Shown here one piece after another: positions 10,847 to 20,578 of a stretch of DNA of 64,000 nt. The position numbers were made by a program, and so were the translations under genes. Under the pieces are notes generated by a model. That model made no database searches and was not told the DNA's origin. It was given only the letters and a program-made list of their open reading frames with translations. The stretch's first letter is position 1. Each line of letters begins with the position of its first letter. The DNA comes from an uncultured Pseudomonadota bacterium (GTDB lineage: Bacteria > Pseudomonadota > Gammaproteobacteria > Burkholderiales > SG8-39): positions 71,226-135,225 of the forward strand of contig CAIKRR010000045.1 in NCBI GenBank assembly GCA_903829815.1. The letters run 5' to 3'.

Positions 10847-11769
10847 CAGAAATACCCTTCACGCTTGCGCAGTTCCATCGAGGCTTCCGATGTCTGATCG
10901 TCCATGCGGGTTGCTCCGCGCTCGGTGATGCGGCTCACCGCTGTCTCCTCGATGATGGCGACACAGTCGCTGGCGGTTGATTCGACCGGGGCGGTGCAGG
11001 TCATGTCGCCCACGGTGCGAAAACGCACCATGCGGGTCTCCACCTGTTCGCCTGCCCGCGGTGAGACGAGCGATGAGACGGGCATCAGACCACCGCGACG
11101 CGGAATCACCTCGCGCAGGTGGGCGAAGTAGATCGCCGGCACAGCGAGTCGTTCGCGCTCGATGTACTGCCAGACATCGAGTTCGGTCCAGTTGGAGATG
11201 GGAAATACCCGCATGTGTTCGCCGGCGTGCACGCGCGTGTTGTAGAGACTCCACAGTTCGGGTCGCTGGTTGCGTGGGTCCCACTGGCCGAATGTGTCAC
11301 GGAACGAGAAGATGCGTTCCTTGGCGCGTGCCTTTTCCTCGTCGCGACGGGCACCGCCAAAGCAGGTATCGAAGCCGAACTCGGCGATCGCATCGAGCAG
11401 CGTCGTGCTCTGGTGCCGATTGCGCGACTCATCAGCCAGGCGCAGTTTCACCCGCCCTGTGGCGATCGAATCCTCGACCGATCGCACGATGAGCCGTTCG
11501 CCGAGTTCAGCCGCTCGACGGTCGCGAAATTCGACCACTTCTGGAAAGTTGTGGCCCGTGTCGACATGCAGGAGCGGAAACGGAAATCGTCCCGGCCTGA
11601 ACGCTTTTTCGGCCAGTCGCAGCAGCACGATCGAATCCTTGCCGCCCGAGAAGAGCAGCACCGGGTTGGCGCACTCGGCGGCCACCTCGCGCATGATGTG
11701 GATCGATTCCGATTCCAGCCAGTCGAGGTGGCTGGTTGACAGGGCGGGGTTGGCGTTGCTGTCCATCAC
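10846..11769 (-). CDS. cysD: Sulfate adenylyltransferase subunit 2
   Basis: LDWLESESIHIMREVAAE N-terminus and the PP-loop LFSGGKDS. Coupled to cysN. Confidence 0.95.
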   Translation of the reverse strand: MMDSNANPALSTSHLDWLESESIHIMREVAAECANPVLLFSGGKDSIVLLRLAEKAFRPGRFPFPLLHVDTGHNFPEVVEFRDRRAAELGERLIVRSVEDSIATGRVKLRLADESRNRHQSTTLLDAIAEFGFDTCFGGARRDEEKARAKERIFSFRDTFGQWDPRNQRPELWSLYNTRVHAGEHMRVFPISNWTELDVWQYIERERLAVPAIYFAHLREVIPRRGGLMPVSSLVSPRAGEQVETRMVRFRTVGDMTCTAPVESTASDCVAIIEETAVSRITERGATRMDDQTSEASMELRKREGYF

Positions 11770-11947
11770 GCGTGCTGGCTGTCTTGCGGACGCTCAGTCT
11801 GTGTCTGCCCGTCGTTCCGGGTAGGGGGGCTTGTGCGAACTGCAGTCGGGTACTGAGACGGCAGTGCGCAATCGATCAGACTAACGCGTCCCGAGGTGCG
11901 GCAGTACCCCGGGGGCATGAACATTCAATAAGCAGGGGGCTTGGAAC

Positions 11948-12778
11948 TCACCGGCCCTTGAACACCGGGTCGCGCTTTTCCATGAAGGCCTGGCGCCCCT
12001 CGCGGAAGTCTTCGCTCGCGCTGCAGGCTGCGCGCAGCGCGTCGACGCCACTGAAATCGCGCTGCGCCGGGTCTTTCAGCAGTTCACGCACCGTGCCCTT
12101 GGCCGTGGCAAGGGAAAGCGGTGCGTTGGTTGCCACCGCTTGCGCATAGCGCGCGGTCACTGCGGCGAGCTCCGCGGCGGGTACGACCCGCTGCACAAAG
12201 CCCATGCGCTGTGCCTGGGCAGCGCCAAAGCGCTCGGCCGACAGAAAGATGTCGAGCGTGTTGGCCATGCCGATGACCTGCATCAGGCGCTCGATACCCA
12301 CCGTGCTGTAGCCGATGCCCAGGCGCGCGGCGGGCATGCGAAAGAGGGCATCGTCGGCACACAGGCGTATATCGCAGGAGGCCGCAAGGCCCAGGCCCCC
12401 GCCCATGCAAAAGCCTCGAATCGAGGCGATCACGGGCTTCGCGCACCGCGTTGGCAGCAGATAGGGGGCATCGGCCATCGGCATCGGCGGGCCCTCGGGT
12501 TTCTTCGTGCCAAAAGCACCGATGTCGGCGCCGGATACGAAGGCACGATCACCATCACCTGCGATCACGATCACGCGAACGGCCGGGTCGGCATCGAGTC
12601 GATCGAGCGTCTCGGCGAGTGCCCCCCACATCGCGGGGGTGATCGCGTTGTGACGTGCGATGTTGGAGATGACGACCGTGGCCACGGCGCCCTCATGCCG
12701 TGTGAGGATTGCTTCGGCACGTTCGTTCGGCTGGGGTGGGGTCATGGTTTCTCTCGTGTTCGCGTGCGCTTCACTCAC
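11948..12778 (-). CDS. Enoyl-CoA hydratase/isomerase (crotonase) family protein
   Basis: Crotonase core VIVIAGDGDRAFVSGADI..GFCMGGG. The ATG 12778 start overlaps the SDR stop by 8 nt; an alternative ATG is at 12745. Confidence 0.85.
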   Translation of the reverse strand: MSEAHANTRETMTPPQPNERAEAILTRHEGAVATVVISNIARHNAITPAMWGALAETLDRLDADPAVRVIVIAGDGDRAFVSGADIGAFGTKKPEGPPMPMADAPYLLPTRCAKPVIASIRGFCMGGGLGLAASCDIRLCADDALFRMPAARLGIGYSTVGIERLMQVIGMANTLDIFLSAERFGAAQAQRMGFVQRVVPAAELAAVTARYAQAVATNAPLSLATAKGTVRELLKDPAQRDFSGVDALRAACSASEDFREGRQAFMEKRDPVFKGR

Positions 12779-13565
12779 CGGCCTTTACTTTCAGGTTGCC
12801 GCTGAATCCGGCGTCGATGCGCAAACCCTCGCCGCTGATGTAGGCGGCCAGATCCGAGGCGAGAAAGGCGACGGCGTGGGCCACTTCTTCCGGTGTGCCG
12901 GCGCGCCCTATCGGGATATCGCGCGTGAGGATTTCCTGCCAGCGGCTGCTATCACCAAAGCGTGTCTGGGCACGCCAGTGCAGGCCTTGCATGAAACGCT
13001 CGGTCATCACCGGGCCGGGGTTCACTGCAACCACCCGCACGCCATGGGCAATGCTCTCGGAGCCCAGGCACTGCGTAAACGCATTGAGGGCCGCGTTGCC
13101 GGTGCAACCGGCGATGTAGTTGGGATCGAGCCGCTCGGCGGCGGCGCCGATCACATTGACGATGACGCCGCGCCGGCGCTCATACATGCCGGCGATGAGC
13201 GCGCGCGTGAGATCGATGTAGCCAAACACCTTGAGGTCCCAGGCGCGTCGCCAGGTTGCTCCGTCGACGGCCTGCAGCGTACCGCGCGGGATGCCACCGG
13301 CGTTGTTCACGAGGATGTCGGGTTCGGGCACGGCCAGGGCGAGCGCGAGCACCTGCTCGGTTTGCGACAGATCGCACGGGTGCGGCGTGACCGTCACGCC
13401 GAATTCGCGCTCCAGGTCGGTGGCCGCTGCGGCGAGGCGCTCGGGGTTGCGCGCCGCCAGATGCAACTTGCAGCCTTCAGCAGCGAGCACCCGTGCGACC
13501 GCCAGGCCGATGCCCATCGACGCGCCGGTGACGAGCGCTGTGCGGCCTTTGAGATTGAGGTCCAT
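12771..13565 (-). CDS. Short-chain dehydrogenase/reductase family protein with a non-canonical active site
   Basis: Rossmann motif TGASMGIGLA and NNAG. The catalytic Tyr is retained (PNYIAGC), but the usual Ser and Lys are not evident. Confidence 0.85.
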   Translation of the reverse strand: MDLNLKGRTALVTGASMGIGLAVARVLAAEGCKLHLAARNPERLAAAATDLEREFGVTVTPHPCDLSQTEQVLALALAVPEPDILVNNAGGIPRGTLQAVDGATWRRAWDLKVFGYIDLTRALIAGMYERRRGVIVNVIGAAAERLDPNYIAGCTGNAALNAFTQCLGSESIAHGVRVVAVNPGPVMTERFMQGLHWRAQTRFGDSSRWQEILTRDIPIGRAGTPEEVAHAVAFLASDLAAYISGEGLRIDAGFSGNLKVKAGE

Positions 13566-13781
13566 GTGTCTCCCTGATGCAGTGTGTGCGCCGGTCTGCG
13601 CGTGTTTTCGCTGTCATGCGCTGTCGTTGGCCCGATCATCGCGCGCCGTCGTTGCGCGGAATCTTAGCGGATTGACCTCGCCGCGGGTGGCCACCATACT
13701 GCAGCGGCGATGCAGGCACTGAGTGAGTCGGACATCATGTTGACGACCGCGGGATTGCCCGTACGCACGGAGACAAGCGTC

Positions 13782-14777
13782 ATGCAGCGTACTCATACTG
13801 TCCGGTGGCCGAGCCGCCTGCGCCTCGCCTGCGCGGTGCTGGTGACGGCACTTCTGATCACGCCTGTGAATGCGGCCGACTATCCATCGAAGCCGGTACG
13901 CCTTGTGTGCGCCCATGTTGCCGGTGGTGCCGTCGACATCTTTGCCCGCGTCCTCGGGCAGAAACTCTCCGAGACCTGGGGTCAACCGGTGGTCATCGAC
14001 AACCGGGCCGGCGCTGCTGGCTCAGTGGCTGCGCAGACCGTCGCTCGCGCGGCCGCCGATGGCTACACCTTGATGCTCTCGACCAACGCACCGCTCACGA
14101 CCAATCCCTGGCTCTATCGGTCACTGGGCTACGACTGGACCGACTTTGAACCGGTGGCGCTGGTGGCTGAAGGGCCGGTTGCCGTCATCGTCAATCCGGC
14201 GCTGCCGGTGACTTCGGTGCCGGGCCTGCTTGATCATGCGCGCCAGCGTCCGGGCGAGGTGCTCACCGCGTCTGCGGGTAGTGGTTCCATCGGCCATTTT
14301 CTCGTGGCCGAATTGCATCGCGAATACGGTATCAAGCTCTCGCATGTGCCCTACAAGGGGGGCGTTCAGGCAGCGCTGGCGGTCGCAACCGGCGAGGTGA
14401 GCCTGGGCTTCATCGACCCAGGTGCCTCGGCGCCCCTCATTCGCGATGGCCGTTTGCGCGTACTGGCAGTAACCACCACGCGTCGCTCGAGCACGCTCCC
14501 AGACGTTCCCACCTTGAAGGAACTGGGCATCCCCGGTTTCGACGTGGCGATCTGGGTGGGGCTCACCGGTCCGCGCGGTATGCCGCGCGACGTCGTGGCT
14601 AAGATCAACGCCGATGCGCGTGCCGTTCTGCGCGATTCCCAGGTGCGTGCCCGGCTGGTTGCGTCGGGTCTGGAGCCGGTCGATTCGATGAATCCATCGG
14701 AGTTTGCTGCGTTCATCCGACAGGATGCGCCCCGTTGGCAGACTCGGGTACGGGATGCGGGTCTGACTGTGGACTGA
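13782..14777 (+). CDS. Bug-family (TctC-like) tripartite tricarboxylate transporter substrate-binding protein
   Basis: Signal peptide followed by AADYPSKPVRLV, and PYKGG motif. Start taken at ATG 13782 (MQRTHTVRW). Confidence 0.88.
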   Translation: MQRTHTVRWPSRLRLACAVLVTALLITPVNAADYPSKPVRLVCAHVAGGAVDIFARVLGQKLSETWGQPVVIDNRAGAAGSVAAQTVARAAADGYTLMLSTNAPLTTNPWLYRSLGYDWTDFEPVALVAEGPVAVIVNPALPVTSVPGLLDHARQRPGEVLTASAGSGSIGHFLVAELHREYGIKLSHVPYKGGVQAALAVATGEVSLGFIDPGASAPLIRDGRLRVLAVTTTRRSSTLPDVPTLKELGIPGFDVAIWVGLTGPRGMPRDVVAKINADARAVLRDSQVRARLVASGLEPVDSMNPSEFAAFIRQDAPRWQTRVRDAGLTVD

Positions 14778-14846
14778 GTCACTGAAGTTGGTCGAGCGAC
14801 GGTCCATAATCTGTAGAAGGTACTCAGGTATTCGATCGGGAGTCGT

Positions 14847-16940
14847 ATGAGCACGGAACCTTTGGGGCGTCGTCTTCAGCCGATCAGCACCGCTCCGACG
14901 CTATCCCAGTCCGACGCTGTACCGGTGTCGGCAGAACTCGATACCTATCGCCAGATGTTGATGCACGCAGCGGTGGGGATTGCCGGCATTGACGCGAGCG
15001 GCCGCTTCCATTTCGTGAACCCAGCCTTTTGTCGACTGACCGGCCTCGCCGAGTCGGCGCTCATCGGACGCAAGGCACCCCTCTCGCATTGGCCGGCCGA
15101 GGTGCTGCCCAGCGTCCGCCAGGCCTTTCGCGGCAACGGGGGCAAGCCGGTCGATCTGGTGTTTCGACCTGAGGGTCGACCACCTACATCGGTGAGCCTG
15201 CATGTGTCGCCCATTCGATCGGGACGGCGCCGCATGGGGTCGGTGACAGTGAATGTCGATACGACCGAGCGACATCGGCTAGAGGGATATCTGCGTCGTC
15301 GCGAAGAGCTCTTTGGCGCTGTTGTGCAAATCGCTCGCCTGGGTATCTGGACGGTAGACATGGCCTCAGACACCGTCACCTGGAACGGTCAGTTCCATAC
15401 GCTCTTGGGCTATCCGACGCCATCCCTGACGACTTCGCTGGAGGCTAACCTGCCCGGCGTGTCGCCAGACCCCAGCTTGGCCCATTACGTCTATCCGAGA
15501 GAGCAGGGCATCGCTTTATTTTTAGCGCGCGTGCATCCCGAGGATCGAGCCGAGGTCGAGCATGAACTCAGGCAGCGGTTTAATCGAAGGACGAGGGAGG
15601 TGCGTCTCCTGTTGCCCGACGGCTCGCGCAGGGTTGTCGCGATTCGGGAGGCCAGCGAGAACGATGCTGGCCAAGGCCTCGGCGTCGTGTCAGGGGTCTG
15701 CTATGACATGACCGAAGAGCGTCAGCAGTCTCTTGCACTCGCGCAGGACCAGAAGATGGAGGCCCTGAACCAGCTTTCGGGCACGCTGGCGCACGACTTG
15801 AACAATGTCCTTGGCATCGTCATCGGGAACCTCCGCGAGATCGATGCAGCAACGACCCATGGCGAGGCGAGTCGATCGGCCTGGGGAGCAGCGCTCGAGG
15901 CTGCCGTGCGCGGCGCTGAACTCGTGTCGTCGCTGCTTGCGTTTGCACGTCAGCCGATCGACTCGAACGAGAAACGAGATGCACCGGTGCTCTGCCTCGC
16001 TACCTATCTCGCGAGCCTGGTGCCGATGATGCGCTTTGTGCTCGGTTCCGGCATCGCGCTCCACACTGACCTGCCGGCCCTGGCCGCGACCGTGCGCATC
16101 GATGCGGCACGGCTCTACAGTGCCTTGCTCAATCTGCTCACCAATGCCCGTGACGCGATGGCTGGTGGCGGCAACCTCCGATTGAGCCTTGTGCCGGCCC
16201 GCATGATCAGCGGGGCCCAAGCCCGGCGCCTCGCGTTGACCGTCGGCCGATACGTGCAGGTCAAGATCGAGGATGACGGCAAGGGAATGCCCGAGGACAT
16301 CCTCGTCCGCGCATCTGAACCGTACTTCACGACCAAGACTGCGGGCACTGGCAGTGGGCTCGGTCTGGCTCAGGTCGATCAACTGGCGCGTGGTAGCGGT
16401 GGCAAACTTCAGATCGCATCGGTCCCGGAGCGTGGGACGCACATCACGCTTTATCTGCCAGCCGCCGTGCCCGATCCCGTTGGCGTGCAGCCAACGCCAA
16501 CGCCAACGCCAACGCCAACGCCAACGCCAATTTCACCGTGTTCGTTGCGGGTCCTCGTCGTTGATGATGAGCCCCAGTTGGGCAGGCTGGTGCAACGGGT
16601 TCTCGAACGCCGTGGGCACCGGGTCGAGGTACGGGGCACCGCACGCGAGGCCCGTAGCGCGTTACGGGCAGCCGCCTTCGATATCCTCCTGGCCGACATC
16701 GTGATGCCCGGCACGATGAATGGTGTTGCACTGGTCAATTGGTCGACAGGACGATTCGTGCACCTGCGGTGTGCCCTCATGACCGGGTATTCACCGCACC
16801 CTGCGCTCGAGCCCGCTGGCGTGCCAGTGCTTCGAAAGCCGTTCTTCCCCGATCAGTTGGTGAGTTTCGTCGAAGGGCTCGCAGCCAGGGGTGAGCGCGC
16901 CCCCGGCGCGGGCACTGCGCCGGGCGCCGCACGCCCCTGA
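14847..16940 (+). CDS. Hybrid sensor histidine kinase (PAS repeats, HisKA, HATPase, C-terminal receiver)
   Basis: H-box LSGTLAHDLNNVLG. G-boxes DDGKGMP and GTGSGLGL. Receiver domain LRVLVVDDE..ADIVMPG..RKPF. No clear TM segment. Confidence 0.88.
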   Translation: MSTEPLGRRLQPISTAPTLSQSDAVPVSAELDTYRQMLMHAAVGIAGIDASGRFHFVNPAFCRLTGLAESALIGRKAPLSHWPAEVLPSVRQAFRGNGGKPVDLVFRPEGRPPTSVSLHVSPIRSGRRRMGSVTVNVDTTERHRLEGYLRRREELFGAVVQIARLGIWTVDMASDTVTWNGQFHTLLGYPTPSLTTSLEANLPGVSPDPSLAHYVYPREQGIALFLARVHPEDRAEVEHELRQRFNRRTREVRLLLPDGSRRVVAIREASENDAGQGLGVVSGVCYDMTEERQQSLALAQDQKMEALNQLSGTLAHDLNNVLGIVIGNLREIDAATTHGEASRSAWGAALEAAVRGAELVSSLLAFARQPIDSNEKRDAPVLCLATYLASLVPMMRFVLGSGIALHTDLPALAATVRIDAARLYSALLNLLTNARDAMAGGGNLRLSLVPARMISGAQARRLALTVGRYVQVKIEDDGKGMPEDILVRASEPYFTTKTAGTGSGLGLAQVDQLARGSGGKLQIASVPERGTHITLYLPAAVPDPVGVQPTPTPTPTPTPTPISPCSLRVLVVDDEPQLGRLVQRVLERRGHRVEVRGTAREARSALRAAAFDILLADIVMPGTMNGVALVNWSTGRFVHLRCALMTGYSPHPALEPAGVPVLRKPFFPDQLVSFVEGLAARGERAPGAGTAPGAARP
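16491..16530 (+). repeat. Perfect hexanucleotide microsatellite (CCAACG) x 6.7 encoding (PT)6P
   Basis: Read directly: ccaacg repeated from 16491, ending ccaa at 16530. Lies between the HATPase and receiver domains of the kinase. Confidence 0.95.
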
Positions 16941-17092
16941 AGGTACAATCGGGGCATGCATGCGATGTGCAGGGGCCTTGCCTCTGTGGCTCTCGGCGGT
17001 GGCGCAGTGGGTGTTGTCTTTGAGCGCGCCGTGTCTGAAAGCCCCTCTGCGTCGCGCTTGCCTGCGCCCGCTCATTCCCGTTGGAGATTCCG

Positions 17093-18322
17093 ATGGCTGT
17101 CCGATTGCTGCCGCCTGACCCCGCTGACCTGCACCCGGTTCCCGGTGTCGAGCTTGGCTTTGCCGCGGCCGGCATCCGCAAGGCGGGCCGGCTCGATCTC
17201 ATGCTCATGCGCTTTGCGCCCGGCACCCGGGTGGCCGGGGTCTTCACCCAGAACAGTTTCGCGGCGGCGCCGGTGCAGATCTGTCGTGAACATCTGGCCG
17301 CCGGCGTGCCGATGCGTGCGCTGGTCGTCAACGCGGGCAATGCCAATTGCGGCACGGGCGACATCGGGCTGCGTGCCGCACGCGATACCTGTGCCGCAGT
17401 CGCCCGACTGCTCGGTTGCGAGGCGCGCGAGGTGTTGCCCTTCTCGACCGGGGTCATTCTCGAGCACCTGCCGGTCGATCGCATCGAGGCGGCCTTGCCG
17501 GCGTGTGTGCAAGGGCTGGGTGAGCCGCAGTGGGCGCGTGCGGCAGAGGCCATCATGACGACCGATACGGTGCCCAAGGGGGCATCGCGCACCCTCGAGA
17601 TCGAGGGGCATGTGGTCACGGTCACCGGCATCGCCAAGGGTGTCGGCATGTTGCAGCCGAACATGGCCACCATGCTGGCCTTCATCGCGACCGATGCCGT
17701 CGTTGCCGGCCCGGTGCTGCAACGGGTCGTCCGCTCAGTGGCTGATCGTTCGTTCAATCGGGTGACAGTCGATGGTGACACCTCGACCAATGATTCCTTC
17801 ATTCTCGCAGCCAGCGGCAAGGCCGGTCATTCGCGGATCGATCGCGATGACACCCCAGCCTGTCGGGCGCTCGAGGCGGCCATCACCGAGGTGGCCCAGG
17901 TCCTCGCGCAATCGATTGCCCGCGATGGCGAAGGCGCCACCAAATTCATCACCGTGACGGTCGATGGGGGCCGTGATGAGGCCGAGGCGCTGCGTGTGGC
18001 ACGGTCGATTGCCAATTCGCCGCTGGTGAAGACCGCGCTCTTTGCCTCGGACCCGAATCTGGGCCGTCTCATCATGGCAATCGGCAACGCCGGCATCGCC
18101 GACCTCGATATCCGCCACGTCAACCTGCATCTGGGTGATGTCCTCGTGATCGAGCGCGGTGGGCGCGCAGCGAGTTACCGTGAAGAAGCGGGCGCCGCCG
18201 CGGTGCAGCCCGACGAGATACTCATCCGTGCCGACCTCGGGCGGGGTAGCGCGCACACCACCGTCTGGACCTGCGACTTTTCCTACGACTACGTGAAGAT
18301 CAATGCCGAATACCGTACCTGA
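17093..18322 (+). CDS. argJ: Bifunctional ornithine acetyltransferase / N-acetylglutamate synthase
   Basis: Autoprocessing site [11 protein letters not shown] and typical N-terminus. GGAG lies 6 nt before ATG 17093. Confidence 0.95.
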   Translation: MAVRLLPPDPADLHPVPGVELGFAAAGIRKAGRLDLMLMRFAPGTRVAGVFTQNSFAAAPVQICREHLAAGVPMRALVVNAGNANCGTGDIGLRAARDTCAAVARLLGCEAREVLPFSTGVILEHLPVDRIEAALPACVQGLGEPQWARAAEAIMTTDTVPKGASRTLEIEGHVVTVTGIAKGVGMLQPNMATMLAFIATDAVVAGPVLQRVVRSVADRSFNRVTVDGDTSTNDSFILAASGKAGHSRIDRDDTPACRALEAAITEVAQVLAQSIARDGEGATKFITVTVDGGRDEAEALRVARSIANSPLVKTALFASDPNLGRLIMAIGNAGIADLDIRHVNLHLGDVLVIERGGRAASYREEAGAAAVQPDEILIRADLGRGSAHTTVWTCDFSYDYVKINAEYRT

Positions 18323-19274
18323 ACGCCTCGGCGCTCCCGAGCGCCTCGTCGAGCGCGTCGATGCCCTCATTGACCGCCTCGAGCGACTCTTCCCGCCGCC
18401 CTTGCCGCCCACCGACTGGAGGGCCTCATCGGCCTTTCGCTGGCGTCGCCGCGAGGGCCGCGGACGACTCGAGCCAGTGACCCACATGCATCGCATCTCG
18501 CTTGCCGATCTGCAGGGTGTCGAGCGCCAGCGCGAGGCCATCGAACGCAACACCCGGCAGTTCGTGGCGGGGCGCCCCGCCAACAACGTGCTGCTCACCG
18601 GTGCGCGGGGTACGGGCAAGTCGTCACTGGTGAAGGCCTGCCTCAACCAGTTTGCCGCGCGCGGCTTGCGCCTCATCGAGGTGGACAAACTCGACCTGGT
18701 CGATCTGCCCGACATCGTCGACATCGTGGCCAGCCGTCCGGAGCGCTTCGTCGTCTTTTGCGATGATCTCTCGTTCGAGGCTTCCGAGCCGGGTTACAAG
18801 GCGCTGAAGGTCGTGCTCGATGGGTCGATTGCGGCGCCCTCCGACAACGTGCTCGTCTATGCCACCTCGAACCGGCGTCATCTGATGCCCGAGTCGATGA
18901 CCGACAATCTGGAATACCGCACTGTGGGTGACGAGATTCACCCGGGCGAGACAGCTGAGGAAAAGATATCGCTCTCGGAGCGGTTTGGTCTGTGGGTCTC
19001 GTTCTATCCCTTTGATCAGGACGAGTACCTCGCCATCGTTGCCTACTGGCTCGAGCACTTCGGCTGCGACCCGGTGCGGATCGAGCGCGCGCGCGACGAG
19101 GCCCTGCAATGGGCGCTCGGACGCGGTTCGCGCAGTGGTCGGGTTGCATGGCACTTTGCCCGTGACTATGCCGGGCGGCATCCTCGAGCGCTGGCCGGCG
19201 CCGCGAGCGTTGCAGCACCGGAAGGCAAGGGCGCGGTAAAGTCGGCCGCGGCCAAACGGGCCTCGCGTGGCTGA
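18303..19274 (+). CDS. DUF815-type AAA ATPase of unknown function
   Basis: Walker [10 protein letters not shown] and Walker [13 protein letters not shown] 18303 overlaps the argJ 3' end by 20 nt. Confidence 0.8.
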   Translation: MPNTVPERLGAPERLVERVDALIDRLERLFPPPLPPTDWRASSAFRWRRREGRGRLEPVTHMHRISLADLQGVERQREAIERNTRQFVAGRPANNVLLTGARGTGKSSLVKACLNQFAARGLRLIEVDKLDLVDLPDIVDIVASRPERFVVFCDDLSFEASEPGYKALKVVLDGSIAAPSDNVLVYATSNRRHLMPESMTDNLEYRTVGDEIHPGETAEEKISLSERFGLWVSFYPFDQDEYLAIVAYWLEHFGCDPVRIERARDEALQWALGRGSRSGRVAWHFARDYAGRHPRALAGAASVAAPEGKGAVKSAAAKRASRG

Positions 19275-20232
19275 AGGGCTCGCCTCAGGCGTCAAGCGCC
19301 AGGAGGTGCAGGTGGCGGCCGGCATTCTGGTGGCGCCCGATGGTCGGGTGCTGCTCGGACGTCGTCCGGCCTCCAAGGTCTACGCCGGCTACTGGGAGTT
19401 TCCGGGCGGCAAGGTCGAGCCGGGTGAGTCGATGCGCGCCGCACTCGATCGCGAGTTGCGTGAAGAACTCGGCATCGAGGTGCAGGTGGCCGACCCCTGG
19501 ATCAGCCGTCACTTCGCTTATCCGCACGCCGATGTGCATCTGCGCTTCTTCAGGGTGTGCGCCTGGATGGGCGAGCCGCGTGCCATCGAGCACGAGGGGC
19601 TCACCTGGCAGTTGCCGGGCGCGTTCGATCTGGAGCCCATGCTGCCGGCCAACACGCCGGTACTCAACGCCCTCGATCTGCCTGACGAGTATGCCATTTC
19701 CAATGCGGGCGGCATGGGTCTTGAGGCCTTCATGGCCGCGCTCGATGCCCGGCTGGCGAGTGGCCTGCGTCTGTTGCAGTTGCGCGAACCGACCATGACC
19801 GCCGAGCAGTGGCCGGCCTTTGCACAGAGGGTGATCGAACGCTGCCACGCGGTCGGTGCTCGGGTGCTGGTCAATAGTGGTGCGCCGCCTGCCGTGCAGT
19901 CGCTGGCCGATGGGGTCCACCTGAAGGCTGCTGACTTGATGGCGCACCCGAGGCGCCCTGAGACCGCAATGGTGGCAGCATCGTGTCACGATGCCGCTCA
20001 ACTTGCGCATGCGGCCCACATCGGTGTGGATTGCGCCGTGCTGGGCCCTGTGGCTCCCACGCGATCGCATCCCGGTGCCACCGGGATGGGGTTTGCGAGC
20101 TTCGAGTCTCTGGTGCAGGACCTGCCGATGCCGGTCTATGCCATCGGCGGCATGCACTCAGCCGATTTGGGTCGTGCCCGCAGCCACGGTGCGCACGGCT
20201 TGGCCATGATCAGCGCTGCCTGGGGTCGGTAG
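19267..20232 (+). CDS. Nudix (MutT-like) hydrolase fused to a ThiE/TenI-like domain
   Basis: Nudix box GGKVEPGESMRAALDRELREELGI. C-terminal half resembles thiamine-phosphate synthase/TenI (YAIGGM..). GTG 19267 overlaps the DUF815 stop. Confidence 0.85.
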   Translation: MAEGLASGVKRQEVQVAAGILVAPDGRVLLGRRPASKVYAGYWEFPGGKVEPGESMRAALDRELREELGIEVQVADPWISRHFAYPHADVHLRFFRVCAWMGEPRAIEHEGLTWQLPGAFDLEPMLPANTPVLNALDLPDEYAISNAGGMGLEAFMAALDARLASGLRLLQLREPTMTAEQWPAFAQRVIERCHAVGARVLVNSGAPPAVQSLADGVHLKAADLMAHPRRPETAMVAASCHDAAQLAHAAHIGVDCAVLGPVAPTRSHPGATGMGFASFESLVQDLPMPVYAIGGMHSADLGRARSHGAHGLAMISAAWGR

Positions 20233-20237
20233 CAGCC

Positions 20238-20513
20238 TCAGGGCTTGTGATCGCGATGGTCGTCGGTGTGACCGTCGAGAGGTTCATCGAGATCAGCACC
20301 GGATTCATCGACTGGAACCGGCAGCCGGTAGGCGCCACTGGCCCAGGCGCCCAGATCGGTGAGCTTGCATCGCCTCGAGCAGAAGGGCCGAAAGGGGTTG
20401 TCGGTGCTCCACTCGATGTCGGTGCGGCAACTCGGGCAGGCGACACGACGCGCCTTTGTACTTGAACCCGTCGGGCGTGCGCTGCTGCTACCCAAGTCGT
20501 CATTGATGGACAT
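20238..20513 (-). CDS. yacG: DNA gyrase inhibitor YacG (zinc finger)
   Basis: [21 protein letters not shown] zinc-ribbon motif. The ORF is longer than typical YacG, so the start is uncertain. Confidence 0.85.
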   Translation of the reverse strand: MSINDDLGSSSARPTGSSTKARRVACPSCRTDIEWSTDNPFRPFCSRRCKLTDLGAWASGAYRLPVPVDESGADLDEPLDGHTDDHRDHKP

Positions 20514-20578
20514 TGCTGCTCGCTGCTTGGTGTCGAACCCATCCTGCCGACCGAGCGGCGAGCGAAAGTCCGACTGGC

